Part shown: piece after piece, positions 40,015-48,616 of the stretch
Numbering within the stretch: position 1 is the first letter of the stretch
Layout: the number at the start of each line of letters is the position of its first letter
Assembly: GCA_045533775.1 (NCBI GenBank)
Contig: JAZSIK010000036.1
Span: 1 to 61,280, forward strand
Source of the DNA: Eubacteriales bacterium
GTDB taxonomy: Bacteria; Bacillota; Clostridia; Oscillospirales; CAG-272
Direction: 5' to 3'
DNA length: 61,280 nt
Made by a program: the position numbers and the translations under genes
Notes under the pieces: model-generated
What the model was told of the DNA's origin: nothing
The model's database searches: none
The model's input: only the letters and a program-made list of their open reading frames with translations

Positions 40015-42303
40015 TTACTTGCTCTCAGTCTCAGCCTTGATGGTATACTTAACGGTTCTGAAGTCAAGGAACTGACCGTCCTCGGTATACTTGATCTCGG
40101 TGTGACCCTCGTGCTCGTTGAACACAAGGTTGGTAGAGGTGAGGTAGTAGAAGAGTCTGTTGAACTGGAAGGTGGTACGAAGGTTGAGGTCGCCATAGGT
40201 AGCAACAAGCTCCTCATAGTACTCGTTACCGATCTCCTTCTTGTAGTTCTCCATATACTTGTCGTTTACAAGGAAGTTGCCTGCCTCGTCGCGTGCAGAC
40301 TTCTTGGATTCCTCTGCCTGCTTCTTAGCCTCTGCAATCTTCTCAGCCGCAAGATCACCGTATGCATCCTTATATGCATCCTCGTTAATATCATATGCGC
40401 CTGCCTTGATGTCAAGCTCAATATAACCGTTCTCGCCGGTCATAGCCTTAACAGCGTCAGCCTCGCAAGCTCTTGCTACAACGAAGATCTTGATGATGGG
40501 ATCAAGAGCCTCCTTAGCCTTCTTCTCAATAGCACCGTCAATCTTATCCTTGCTGGATACCTTAAGGGTTGCAAGAAGGTAAGCGTCAAGAGTCTTGTAC
40601 TTATCGTAGTTAGAGGTATTCTTGTCAAAGTCGCCCTTGTGGAACTCGTACTCATAGGACTCGTAGATTACCTCGCAGTACTCCTTGAGGATCTCCTCGG
40701 GATAGCCCTTAACGGTTACGGACTCATCAATAAGCTTCCAAACAGCCTGCTGAACCTTCTTGTTAATATCAGAATCATAGCTCTCCTTGAGAGTGTGACG
40801 GGTGTTGTCAACATACTCGTCAAAGATCTCCTTGCCGAGATTCTTCTCACCGCTGGTAGCAGCTACGAGCTTTGCAATAACGCCCTTGAGAAGATCGTTC
40901 TGAGCATCGGTAAGAGCCTCGTTTGCCTTGTTGATTACTTCCTTCTGTGCATCGTTGGGCTTGTCACCGCCGTCCTCAACAGCCTTATTGTAAGCGTCAA
41001 GGAGCTTCTTGAGGTCGCTGCCCTCCTTGTAGAACTCGTTGTCCTTAGCGGTGGTAGCGAAGATGTCTACGATATCCTTAAGGAGATCTTCAACGCTCTC
41101 AGAGCCGTTCTTGAAGGTCTTATCCTCAAGAGCCTCAAAGGACTTCTCGGTAAGCTTGGAGCCGTATACATAGTAAAGAACCTGGTCAACGGTAATCTCC
41201 TCATAAGAGGGAGTATTAATAGCATATACAGGATATACATAATAGGTAAGTTCCTTGTTAGTAAGGTCTACCTTGGTTGCAGAATTGTAAAGAGAAGTGG
41301 GAGAGGTCTCCTTCTTAGCAGGCTTCTCAGCCTCGTCAACAAAGGGAGTATACTTGAAAGTAGCGATAGGCTGACCCTCGCCCTCTACCTTCCAGAGGAT
41401 CTTAAGGTCGGAGTAGGTGTGAGTAACGCCGTCAATCTCAACGTCAAAGGACTTCTTGGTCTTAACGATCTCACCCTCGGTCTTATCAAGAACCTCAAGA
41501 GTGCCGCCTACATTAGCAACAGAGTGCTCACCGGTGAAGTAAGGATAAAGGAGGTTGCTCTCCTCAACGGTGATAAGCTCGTACTGAGCCTTCTCGGTAA
41601 CTGTGGTCTCAACACCCTCAGCATCCTTTACCTTGTGGGTACGGGTGTAGGAGATGTAGATCTTGTCACCGGGCTTAACCTTGATAGCTTCCTTCTTAGC
41701 TGCGTTGATCTCATCCTTGGTGGCATCGGGCTTCTCAGCCTTAAGAGCCTCCTCAGCATCAGACTGAAGCTTGCTTGCGGTAATCATAGAATAGATGTAA
41801 TCCTTGATGTCAACCTCTTTGTTAAGGTTGTCTCTTACGAGCTTAAGGAACTCGTCAGCATCACCCTCAAGGTAGTCGTCAAGTCTGAGACTGTGGTTAG
41901 CCTTGGTAGAGGATGCGGTAATAGAAGCCTCATCCATATTGTTACCGAAGAACTTGTTTCCGTCAGCGTCAACAGCATAATATACGAAGTAGAGCACAGC
42001 ACCTGCGGAAAGAGTGCCTTCCTTAGCCCACTCCTCCTCATCGGTGTCTGCGATGATCTTATCAGCTATAACGTTATAGATGGTAGAGGAAACGATCTGG
42101 TTTCTGGTTTCCTCATTTGTGGTAAACTCGCCATCTTCAATCTCAAGCTTCTCAAGAGCTGCCTTGAAAGCTGCATAATCAAAGGAGGCGTAATCATTGA
42201 GGCTGTCCTCTGCAAAATCAAAGCCACCACAGCTTGTGAGTGCAAGAAGAGACATCACAACGATAAGAATTAATGCAACAATTCTCTTTTTCATGTCTTT
42301 CAT
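40015..42303 (-). CDS. Large acidic lipoprotein, divergent trigger-factor-like
   Basis: Lipobox LTSC; VKPGDKIYISY, DLTNKELTYYVYP and VWKLIDESVTVKGYPEE resemble the FKBP and C-terminal segments of the neighbouring paralog; strongly biased codon usage. Confidence 0.6.
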   Translation of the reverse strand: MKDMKKRIVALILIVVMSLLALTSCGGFDFAEDSLNDYASFDYAAFKAALEKLEIEDGEFTTNEETRNQIVSSTIYNVIADKIIADTDEEEWAKEGTLSAGAVLYFVYYAVDADGNKFFGNNMDEASITASSTKANHSLRLDDYLEGDADEFLKLVRDNLNKEVDIKDYIYSMITASKLQSDAEEALKAEKPDATKDEINAAKKEAIKVKPGDKIYISYTRTHKVKDAEGVETTVTEKAQYELITVEESNLLYPYFTGEHSVANVGGTLEVLDKTEGEIVKTKKSFDVEIDGVTHTYSDLKILWKVEGEGQPIATFKYTPFVDEAEKPAKKETSPTSLYNSATKVDLTNKELTYYVYPVYAINTPSYEEITVDQVLYYVYGSKLTEKSFEALEDKTFKNGSESVEDLLKDIVDIFATTAKDNEFYKEGSDLKKLLDAYNKAVEDGGDKPNDAQKEVINKANEALTDAQNDLLKGVIAKLVAATSGEKNLGKEIFDEYVDNTRHTLKESYDSDINKKVQQAVWKLIDESVTVKGYPEEILKEYCEVIYESYEYEFHKGDFDKNTSNYDKYKTLDAYLLATLKVSSKDKIDGAIEKKAKEALDPIIKIFVVARACEADAVKAMTGENGYIELDIKAGAYDINEDAYKDAYGDLAAEKIAEAKKQAEESKKSARDEAGNFLVNDKYMENYKKEIGNEYYEELVATYGDLNLRTTFQFNRLFYYLTSTNLVFNEHEGHTEIKYTEDGQFLDFRTVKYTIKAETESK

Positions 42304-42548
42304 CCTTGTATAAATAATATTTCAAATCCCGCGTCAAGTGACGCGATTAAATTGATCAAAAATAAGAGGATAGTACATCATCGTACAATCCGCTGAACTA
42401 TTATAGCATATAAATATAGAAAATGCAAATGTTTTTTTCAATTTTTTTTATTTTTTTTATTTTATTAATAATTACTGTATTTTTTGCATATAAAACGGCT
42501 GCTTTTTGCCTCTTTTCTTTCAAACTTTCAACAAAAGCATTTTTGCTC

Positions 42549-42577
42549 TTGACAAAATCTTTAATACAATGTATAAT
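42549..42577 (+). promoter_or_regulatory. sigma-A promoter of trpS
   Basis: TTGACA, 17-bp spacer, TATAAT. Confidence 0.8.
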
Positions 42578-42617
42578 TTTCTAATAAGAAATCAGTTCAT
42601 TTTGGAAGGAAAATAAA

Positions 42618-43613
42618 ATGATCAACGATAAAAAGATAGTTTTCTCTGGTGTTCAGCCTTCGGGAAATCTTACCATAGGAAATTACCTCGGTGCGATCAA
42701 AAACTTCTCGCGTTTTTCCGAGGACTATAAGACCTTTTACTGCGTAGTTGACCTCCACGCCATCACCGTAAGACAGGTGCCCGCGGAGCTTCGCCGCAGA
42801 ACCTACGAGACCCTTGCGCTTTATATGGCGTGCGGTCTTGATCCCAAGCAGAACACCCTCTTTGTACAGTCTCACGTTCCCGCCCACACCGAGCTTGGCT
42901 GGATGCTTGACTGCTATACGATGTTCGGCGAGCTTTCCCGTATGACTCAGTTCAAGGACAAGAGCCAGAAGCACTCTCAGAATATAAATGCAGGTCTGTT
43001 CACCTATCCCACCCTGATGGCAGCAGATATTCTTCTCTACCAGACCGATGTTGTACCCGTTGGCGTTGACCAGAAGCAGCATCTTGAATTGGCGAGAGAT
43101 ATTGCCGACAGATTCAACCAGGTATACGGCCCCACATTCACCGTCCCCGAGGGATATATGTCCACCGATACGATGAAGATCATGTCGCTGGCAGAGCCCA
43201 CATCCAAGATGTCAAAGTCGGATACCAATCAGAATGCGGTAGTTTATATCCTTGACTCCAAGGATGATGTTATGCGCAAGTTCAAGAAGGCTGTCACAGA
43301 CTCGGATGCCTGCGTAAGATACTCCGAGGACAAGCCGGGTGTATCCAACCTTATGAGTATTTATCGCGCCTTCACGGGCAAGACCTTTGAGGAGATAGAG
43401 CGCGAGTTTGACGGCAAGGGCTACGGCGACTTCAAGCTTGCTGTCGGAGAGGCTTGTGCCGACGGTCTGGCACCCGTGAGAGAGGAGTTTGCCCGTCTTA
43501 TGGCTGACAAGGCAGAGCTGGAGAATATTATGAAGGCAGGAGCAGACGAGGCGGCTTACTACGCACGCAAAACCATGTCAAAAGTACGCAGAAAGATAGG
43601 TTTTGTAAACTAA
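42618..43613 (+). CDS. trpS: Tryptophan--tRNA ligase
   Basis: SGVQPSG..TIGNY, YPTLMAADIL, VPVGVDQKQH and KMSKS motifs. Confidence 0.97.
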   Translation: MINDKKIVFSGVQPSGNLTIGNYLGAIKNFSRFSEDYKTFYCVVDLHAITVRQVPAELRRRTYETLALYMACGLDPKQNTLFVQSHVPAHTELGWMLDCYTMFGELSRMTQFKDKSQKHSQNINAGLFTYPTLMAADILLYQTDVVPVGVDQKQHLELARDIADRFNQVYGPTFTVPEGYMSTDTMKIMSLAEPTSKMSKSDTNQNAVVYILDSKDDVMRKFKKAVTDSDACVRYSEDKPGVSNLMSIYRAFTGKTFEEIEREFDGKGYGDFKLAVGEACADGLAPVREEFARLMADKAELENIMKAGADEAAYYARKTMSKVRRKIGFVN

Positions 43614-43687
43614 AGATTACAAAAATAGGGCGATTGCTTATGGTTTGTGCCAATAGGCAATCGCCTATCTAAAAGGAAAAAACAACT

Positions 43688-44248
43688 ATGAGATATATTT
43701 TAGCATCAAAATCTCCCCGCCGCCGAGAGCTGCTCGGACAGATAATTGAAAGCTTTGAGATCATAACCCAGGAGGTAGATGAGAGTCTGCCATCCGATAT
43801 TCATCCCCGGGCCGGAGTTGAGATCCTCGCCTTACGAAAGGGTGAGGCGGTGGCAAACGGTTTGCCACAGGACTGTGTGGTAATTTCCTCAGACACCCTG
43901 GTTGAGATTGACGGCATTCCCCTCGGCAAGCCCAAGGATGAAGAAGACGCAAGACAAATGCTCTCTGCGCTCTCGGGCAGAGCTCACAATGTTCATACCG
44001 GTGTGGCGGTGCATTATATGGGCAGATGCTTCAGCGGCGTTGATACCACCGCGGTATTTTTCAGAGAGATGAGCGAGGAAGAAATAACCGAATATATCGC
44101 ATCCAAGGATCCTATGGATAAGGCGGGGGCGTATGGTATTCAGTCGGGCGGCGGCAGATTTGTTGATCACATTGAGGGTGATTACGACACCGTGGTCGGT
44201 CTGTCGGTTTCTCTGACCAAGAAGCTTATTGACGAGGCTACAAAATGA
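43688..44248 (+). CDS. maf: Maf-family nucleoside triphosphate pyrophosphatase
   Basis: ILASKSPRRRELL, SDTLV, LGKP and DKAGAYGIQ motifs. Confidence 0.93.
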   Translation: MRYILASKSPRRRELLGQIIESFEIITQEVDESLPSDIHPRAGVEILALRKGEAVANGLPQDCVVISSDTLVEIDGIPLGKPKDEEDARQMLSALSGRAHNVHTGVAVHYMGRCFSGVDTTAVFFREMSEEEITEYIASKDPMDKAGAYGIQSGGGRFVDHIEGDYDTVVGLSVSLTKKLIDEATK

Positions 44249-44907
44249 CGAAAAGTGAGAAAAAGAAAAGGTTAGCTCAGATTATTGAGCGACTGAAGGA
44301 GATATATCCCGAGGCCGAGTGCGCTCTCCACTGGGGAGATGATCCCTGGAGGCTGCTTGTAATGGGCAGACTGTCCGCACAATGCACCGACGCCCGCGTT
44401 AATATCGTCTGTGAGGAGTTGTTTGACCGTTTCCCCACCGCCGAGTCAATGGCGTATGGCGATATTGAGGAGATTGAGCGCATTGTAAAGCCCTGCGGAC
44501 TCTACCGTATGAAGGCAGATAGCATTAAAGCGGCAAGCAAAATGCTGGTTGAGGACTACAACGGTCAGCTCCCCGACGAGATGGAGGAGCTACTGAAGCT
44601 GCCTGGCGTGGGCAGAAAAATTGCAAATCTGCTGCTCGGAGATGTTTTTGGCAAGGAGGCAATCGTCTGCGACACCCACTGCATCCGCATTTGCGGCAGA
44701 CTCGGTATGTATCCTGAAAAGGAAAAGGATCCCACAAAAATAGAAAAGATACTCCGTACGCTTATGGACCCTGCCGAGGGCAGCGACTTCTGCCATAGGA
44801 TAGTATTTTTCGGCAGAGAGGTTTGCACCGCAAGAAGCCCAAAATGCACCGAGTGCCCTCTGGCAGATCTGTGTCACAAGAGAGAAAGGGAAAATGGAAA
44901 AGATTAA
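44245..44907 (+). CDS. nth: Endonuclease III
   Basis: LSAQCTD, HhH LPGVGRKIAN, DTH and CTARSPKCTECPLADLC 4Fe-4S motifs. Confidence 0.95.
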   Translation: MTKSEKKKRLAQIIERLKEIYPEAECALHWGDDPWRLLVMGRLSAQCTDARVNIVCEELFDRFPTAESMAYGDIEEIERIVKPCGLYRMKADSIKAASKMLVEDYNGQLPDEMEELLKLPGVGRKIANLLLGDVFGKEAIVCDTHCIRICGRLGMYPEKEKDPTKIEKILRTLMDPAEGSDFCHRIVFFGREVCTARSPKCTECPLADLCHKRERENGKD

Positions 44908-45493
44908 GATTTCCCTGCCGATTATCGTTGAAGGCAGGTATGACAAAAGCGCCCTTATGGGCTTTCTTGACGCCACGATAATTACAACCGGTGGCTTTTC
45001 AATTTTTAATAACAAGGAAAAACAGGCACTTCTGAGGAGGATCGGCAAGGATGGAATCATTGTCCTGACCGACTCCGACGGAGGAGGAAAGCAGATACGC
45101 AGATTTCTCTCCGGCATACTCCCCGAGGGCAAAATACATAACCTCTATATACCGAAAATACCGGGTAAGGAGGGCAGAAAAAGAAAAGCCTCTGCGGAGG
45201 GTGTTCTTGGAGTTGAGGGAATGGACAAGGATACCATACTCAGACTGCTTGACCCCTTCAAAGACTCTGAAAAAGTGCAAAATCGCACCAAAATGATAAC
45301 TAAAGTTGACTTTTTCGGCGATAAGCTCACAGGATGGGATAATTCCTCTGTCAGAAGGGTCGCTCTCTGTCGCGAGTGCAATCTCCCTGAGGATATGACG
45401 CCAAACGCTCTGCTTGAGGCGATGAATCTGCTATACGGATTTGACAAATACCGAGAGATCTGTGACAGGCTCTTCGGAGATGAACAAGGATAA
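44894..45493 (+). CDS. rnmV: Ribonuclease M5-like TOPRIM protein
   Basis: IIVEGRYD, LTDSDGGGKQIR and LGVEG motifs plus a C-terminal DUF4093-like region. Confidence 0.8.
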   Translation: MEKIKISLPIIVEGRYDKSALMGFLDATIITTGGFSIFNNKEKQALLRRIGKDGIIVLTDSDGGGKQIRRFLSGILPEGKIHNLYIPKIPGKEGRKRKASAEGVLGVEGMDKDTILRLLDPFKDSEKVQNRTKMITKVDFFGDKLTGWDNSSVRRVALCRECNLPEDMTPNALLEAMNLLYGFDKYREICDRLFGDEQG

Positions 45494-45501
45494 AAGAGAT
45501 T

Positions 45502-45529
45502 AAAAAAGGAGCCGAGCGGCTCCTTTTTT
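45502..45529 (+). terminator. Intrinsic terminator
   Basis: AAAAAAGGAGCC-gagc-GGCTCCTTTTTT. Confidence 0.8.
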
Positions 45530-45662
45530 CTACATATATTATATATAGCATCCTTGTGTGATCATCTCTGCTTTATGGGACATATGTTTTCTTAACTATT
45601 TATTCATTGACATTTTTCGCTCTTTATGTTAATATTATATATTGTAATCAGCAAAGGCGAAA

Positions 45663-46421
45663 GTGAGCTTAGTAATGTCAAAAATAAAAGAGTTTGCAAA
45701 AAAGCACGAGAAGCTTTTTAAGATTCTGTTTTTGCTGCTGATATTTATTCTTATATCGGTGGTATCTACATTAATATTATATCTCTGCGGAATCATCTAC
45801 TTTGATGAAGGTATACAGATAAACCAGGTTCTGTTTGATTCCTTCAAGAATACCTGGTACGGATATATCATAGTGATTGTGGCGCAGGTTGTCATTACCT
45901 CCCTGCTCTCCTTTGTACCGGGAGCCTCTATGGCGTTTATCATCCTGGTAAAAAGCATGTACGAGAATGCTGTGGTTGCCTTCTTCCTCTCCTTTGGTGC
46001 GGTGATGCTCTCCAGCCTTATGATGTATGTTTTGGGACGGTTTGGCGGCTACAACTTGGGTAAGAAGATTATAGGTGAGGAGGATTGTGAACGCGCATCC
46101 GATCTACTCAACAACAAGGGCCTTATCTACTTCCCTATGATGATGATGTTCCCCGCCTTTCCCGACGATGCTCTGGTAATGGTGGCAGGAACACTGAAGA
46201 TGTCGCTCAAGTGGTTCATCCCCTCAATCGTCATTGGCAGAGGCATCGGTGTCGCGACAATTATCTTCGGTCTGTCTCTCGTACCCTTTGACAAGTTCAC
46301 ATCCATATGGCATTGGGTTTTATTTGTTCTGCTCTGTGCCGCCCTGGTTGTGCTGGTGTTCTTCCTGGCAAACAGATTCAACAAATACCTTGAGAAGAAA
46401 AACTCCAAAAGCAAAGAATAA
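45663..46421 (+). CDS. TVP38/TMEM64 (DedA/VTT) membrane protein
   Basis: LLSFVPG, YVLGRFGG, FPAFPDDAL..VAG and IGRG motifs; multiple TM helices. Confidence 0.85.
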   Translation: MSLVMSKIKEFAKKHEKLFKILFLLLIFILISVVSTLILYLCGIIYFDEGIQINQVLFDSFKNTWYGYIIVIVAQVVITSLLSFVPGASMAFIILVKSMYENAVVAFFLSFGAVMLSSLMMYVLGRFGGYNLGKKIIGEEDCERASDLLNNKGLIYFPMMMMFPAFPDDALVMVAGTLKMSLKWFIPSIVIGRGIGVATIIFGLSLVPFDKFTSIWHWVLFVLLCAALVVLVFFLANRFNKYLEKKNSKSKE

Positions 46422-46698
46422 CGTCTACATATAATATACTCTTAAAAAAGAGAGAACACGACCCTCAAGGATACAGATGCAAAAATCAGTCTGAACAAAA
46501 AGATACAACCAAAAGGAGCCAACTTCCACATAAGACATATAGAGCATATCTGCCATTAAAAGAAAGGTTAAAACGTGGAATAGCGAGCGGTCGTCTTCGG
46601 CGATTATAACGCAAAGAACTACTGTCCCGAGTGCAAAAAATCCAGTCATTAAAACGAGGCGGCAGGCAAATCCGAGAACCAAAAAACAATAGAAAATC

Positions 46699-46732
46699 AC
46701 CTCGCAGAGAAAAATCTGCGAGGTATTTTTTT
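46699..46732 (+). terminator. Intrinsic terminator ~280 nt after the DedA stop
   Basis: ACCTCGCAGA-gaaaaa-TCTGCGAGGT-A-T7. Confidence 0.8.
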
Positions 46733-47810
46733 GATCAAAAAAACGATAATTTTGAGGGTGTTTATACAGAATGAAAAGAGGTAAAAAAAACGACAAGAAA
46801 AAAGGGTTGTTTTCTATCAAAAAAATCTCATAAAAACAGGTCTGAAAATCGGTGAAAAAACCAATTAAAAATCGGTAAAATAAAGACCCGAAAATACTCA
46901 TTGTTGACAGATAAAAAACGTAAAAAATCAAAGGATGAAAAGTAAGCTTTTTTTATAAAAAATGGGCTATGTTTTTGGGGTAGAAAACAAGCAAAAAACC
47001 AAAGAGAAAAACAAGAGATTTTAGAGAATAAAAAAAGGGGGAGCCATAAGAAAAAATGTGCTCAAGACATCACTCGGTCAGCACCTGCCCATCTCCCAAC
47101 CAAGAGAACAGAAGAAGCGGCTAAAAAAGGGCAAAACAGGAGGAAATGCCGCTGTTTTGCCGTTTGAAAAAAGGGCTAATAATCTTAAAAAAGTTTCTTT
47201 TTAGCTTCTTTTGAACGATATTTTTTGAAAATTATTTGAAAAAACTTTAATTTTTCTTGATTTTTTCTTGATTTTGCCGATTTTTTATTTAATTTTTGTG
47301 ATTTTTTTGAGTTTTTTTCAAAAAATAATGATTTTTATATTTTTTTCGTTTTGTAAACAATAGTTACAGGGTAAAAAGGCTTTTTTGAATGTATTGTGGA
47401 GTCAATTTCGGTGGTTTTTCCCGGGTTTTTGAGGATTATTTTATGATTTTTCTGAGGACTTTTTCTTAACCGATTAAGCTCTCTGCCCATTGATTTTAGC
47501 TGATTTCACAGCATAACTTTTGCCCCTGTTCTTTAGGTTTTTATAATATCTTTTTTCTCATTTTTTGGGGCTGCTTTTTCTCATTTTTTTATCAGTAAAA
47601 TAAGGCAATTCAAGCTCTGATTTTTGTGGCTTTTTATATAGCTGTTTTCATCATTTCAGAAGGCTCTTTTGGGTCCTATTTTTTTGCTGTTTTTTTTACT
47701 GAAAAACGGCATTTTTTTGCATCAACTAACGGGCATTTTTTATTCTTTTTTATGCCTGTTTTTTTCATTACTTTTTCACATTAATCCTTTGATTTTTTTG
47801 ATCAAGAAAA
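46726..47810. other. Non-coding block of phased A-tracts (left half) and T-tracts (right half)
   Basis: T-runs start at 47251, 47261, 47272, 47281, 47293, 47302 and 47312; A-runs at 46845, 46855, 46867 and 46877; no credible ORF. Confidence 0.75.
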
Positions 47811-47876
47811 CCGCAATAAAAAAGGCCGCGACAGCCAATTTCAGCGACCGTCTCAGCCTTTACTTTTTAGTATTTT

Positions 47877-48590
47877 TTATTCTGTTTTTGTCGGGTTTGC
47901 AATATCCTTAATAACCTCTCCCGCAATGATCAGCCCCATGGCAGAGGGTACAAATGATATGCTGCCGGGAACGCGACGGCCCGCGTCAGTAACCTCGGGT
48001 GTCTCGGTGGGAAGCTCTCTTGAATAAACCACCTTCAGATGATCTATCCCTCTCTTACGCAGATTTATTCTCACCGCGCGTGCAAGGGGACAAACGGTGG
48101 TCTTGGATATATCGGCAACCTCAAATCTCGTAGGGTCAAGCTTGTTGCCCGCTCCCATAGCAGAAATGATTTTCGTACCCGCCGCCTTTGCCGATACGAT
48201 CAGCTCCACCTTTGCCGACAGAGAATCTATGGCGTCAACCACATAATCGTATTCTGAGAAGTCAAAGCTCCCCTTTGTTTCATCACTAAAGAAAATGTTA
48301 TGACAGATCACAGTCGTATCCGGGTTGATTGAATGTATGCGATCTCTCATAGCCTCGGTCTTGTACATACCTACGGTGTCGTGGGTGGCTATGATCTGTC
48401 TGTTTATGTTTGAGACTGATACACGGTCGGAGTCAACGAGAGTAAAATGCCCAACTCCTGCCCTGGCAAGAGCCTCTACGGCATAACCGCCCACACCGCC
48501 AACGCCAAAAACAGCAACTCTCGCGGCAAAAAGGCGCTCTACGCCCTCCCTACCAAGCATCATCTCGGTACGAATGTGTTGTTCTTTCAT
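47877..48590 (-). CDS. tcdA: tRNA threonylcarbamoyladenosine dehydratase (ThiF family)
   Basis: VFGVGGVG, SNINRQ, DAIDS, SAMGAGNKLDP, CPLAR and GSISFVP motifs. Confidence 0.92.
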   Translation of the reverse strand: MKEQHIRTEMMLGREGVERLFAARVAVFGVGGVGGYAVEALARAGVGHFTLVDSDRVSVSNINRQIIATHDTVGMYKTEAMRDRIHSINPDTTVICHNIFFSDETKGSFDFSEYDYVVDAIDSLSAKVELIVSAKAAGTKIISAMGAGNKLDPTRFEVADISKTTVCPLARAVRINLRKRGIDHLKVVYSRELPTETPEVTDAGRRVPGSISFVPSAMGLIIAGEVIKDIANPTKTE

Positions 48591-48616
48591 TTTTATGCTC
48601 CGAAATTAAAGTTCGT

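Noticed and set aside
42578-42617. T-box leader for trpS
   Set aside because: The promoter leaves only ~35 nt of leader, with no T-box motif
46422-47870. Known housekeeping ncRNA (tmRNA, RNase P, SRP, 6S)
   Set aside because: No signature ends or motifs recognised by eye; an Infernal/Rfam scan is needed to exclude them formally
46425-47911. Phe/Leu-rich ORFs 46425-46931, 46486-46689 and 47669-47911
   Set aside because: Products of T-tract low complexity; no RBS
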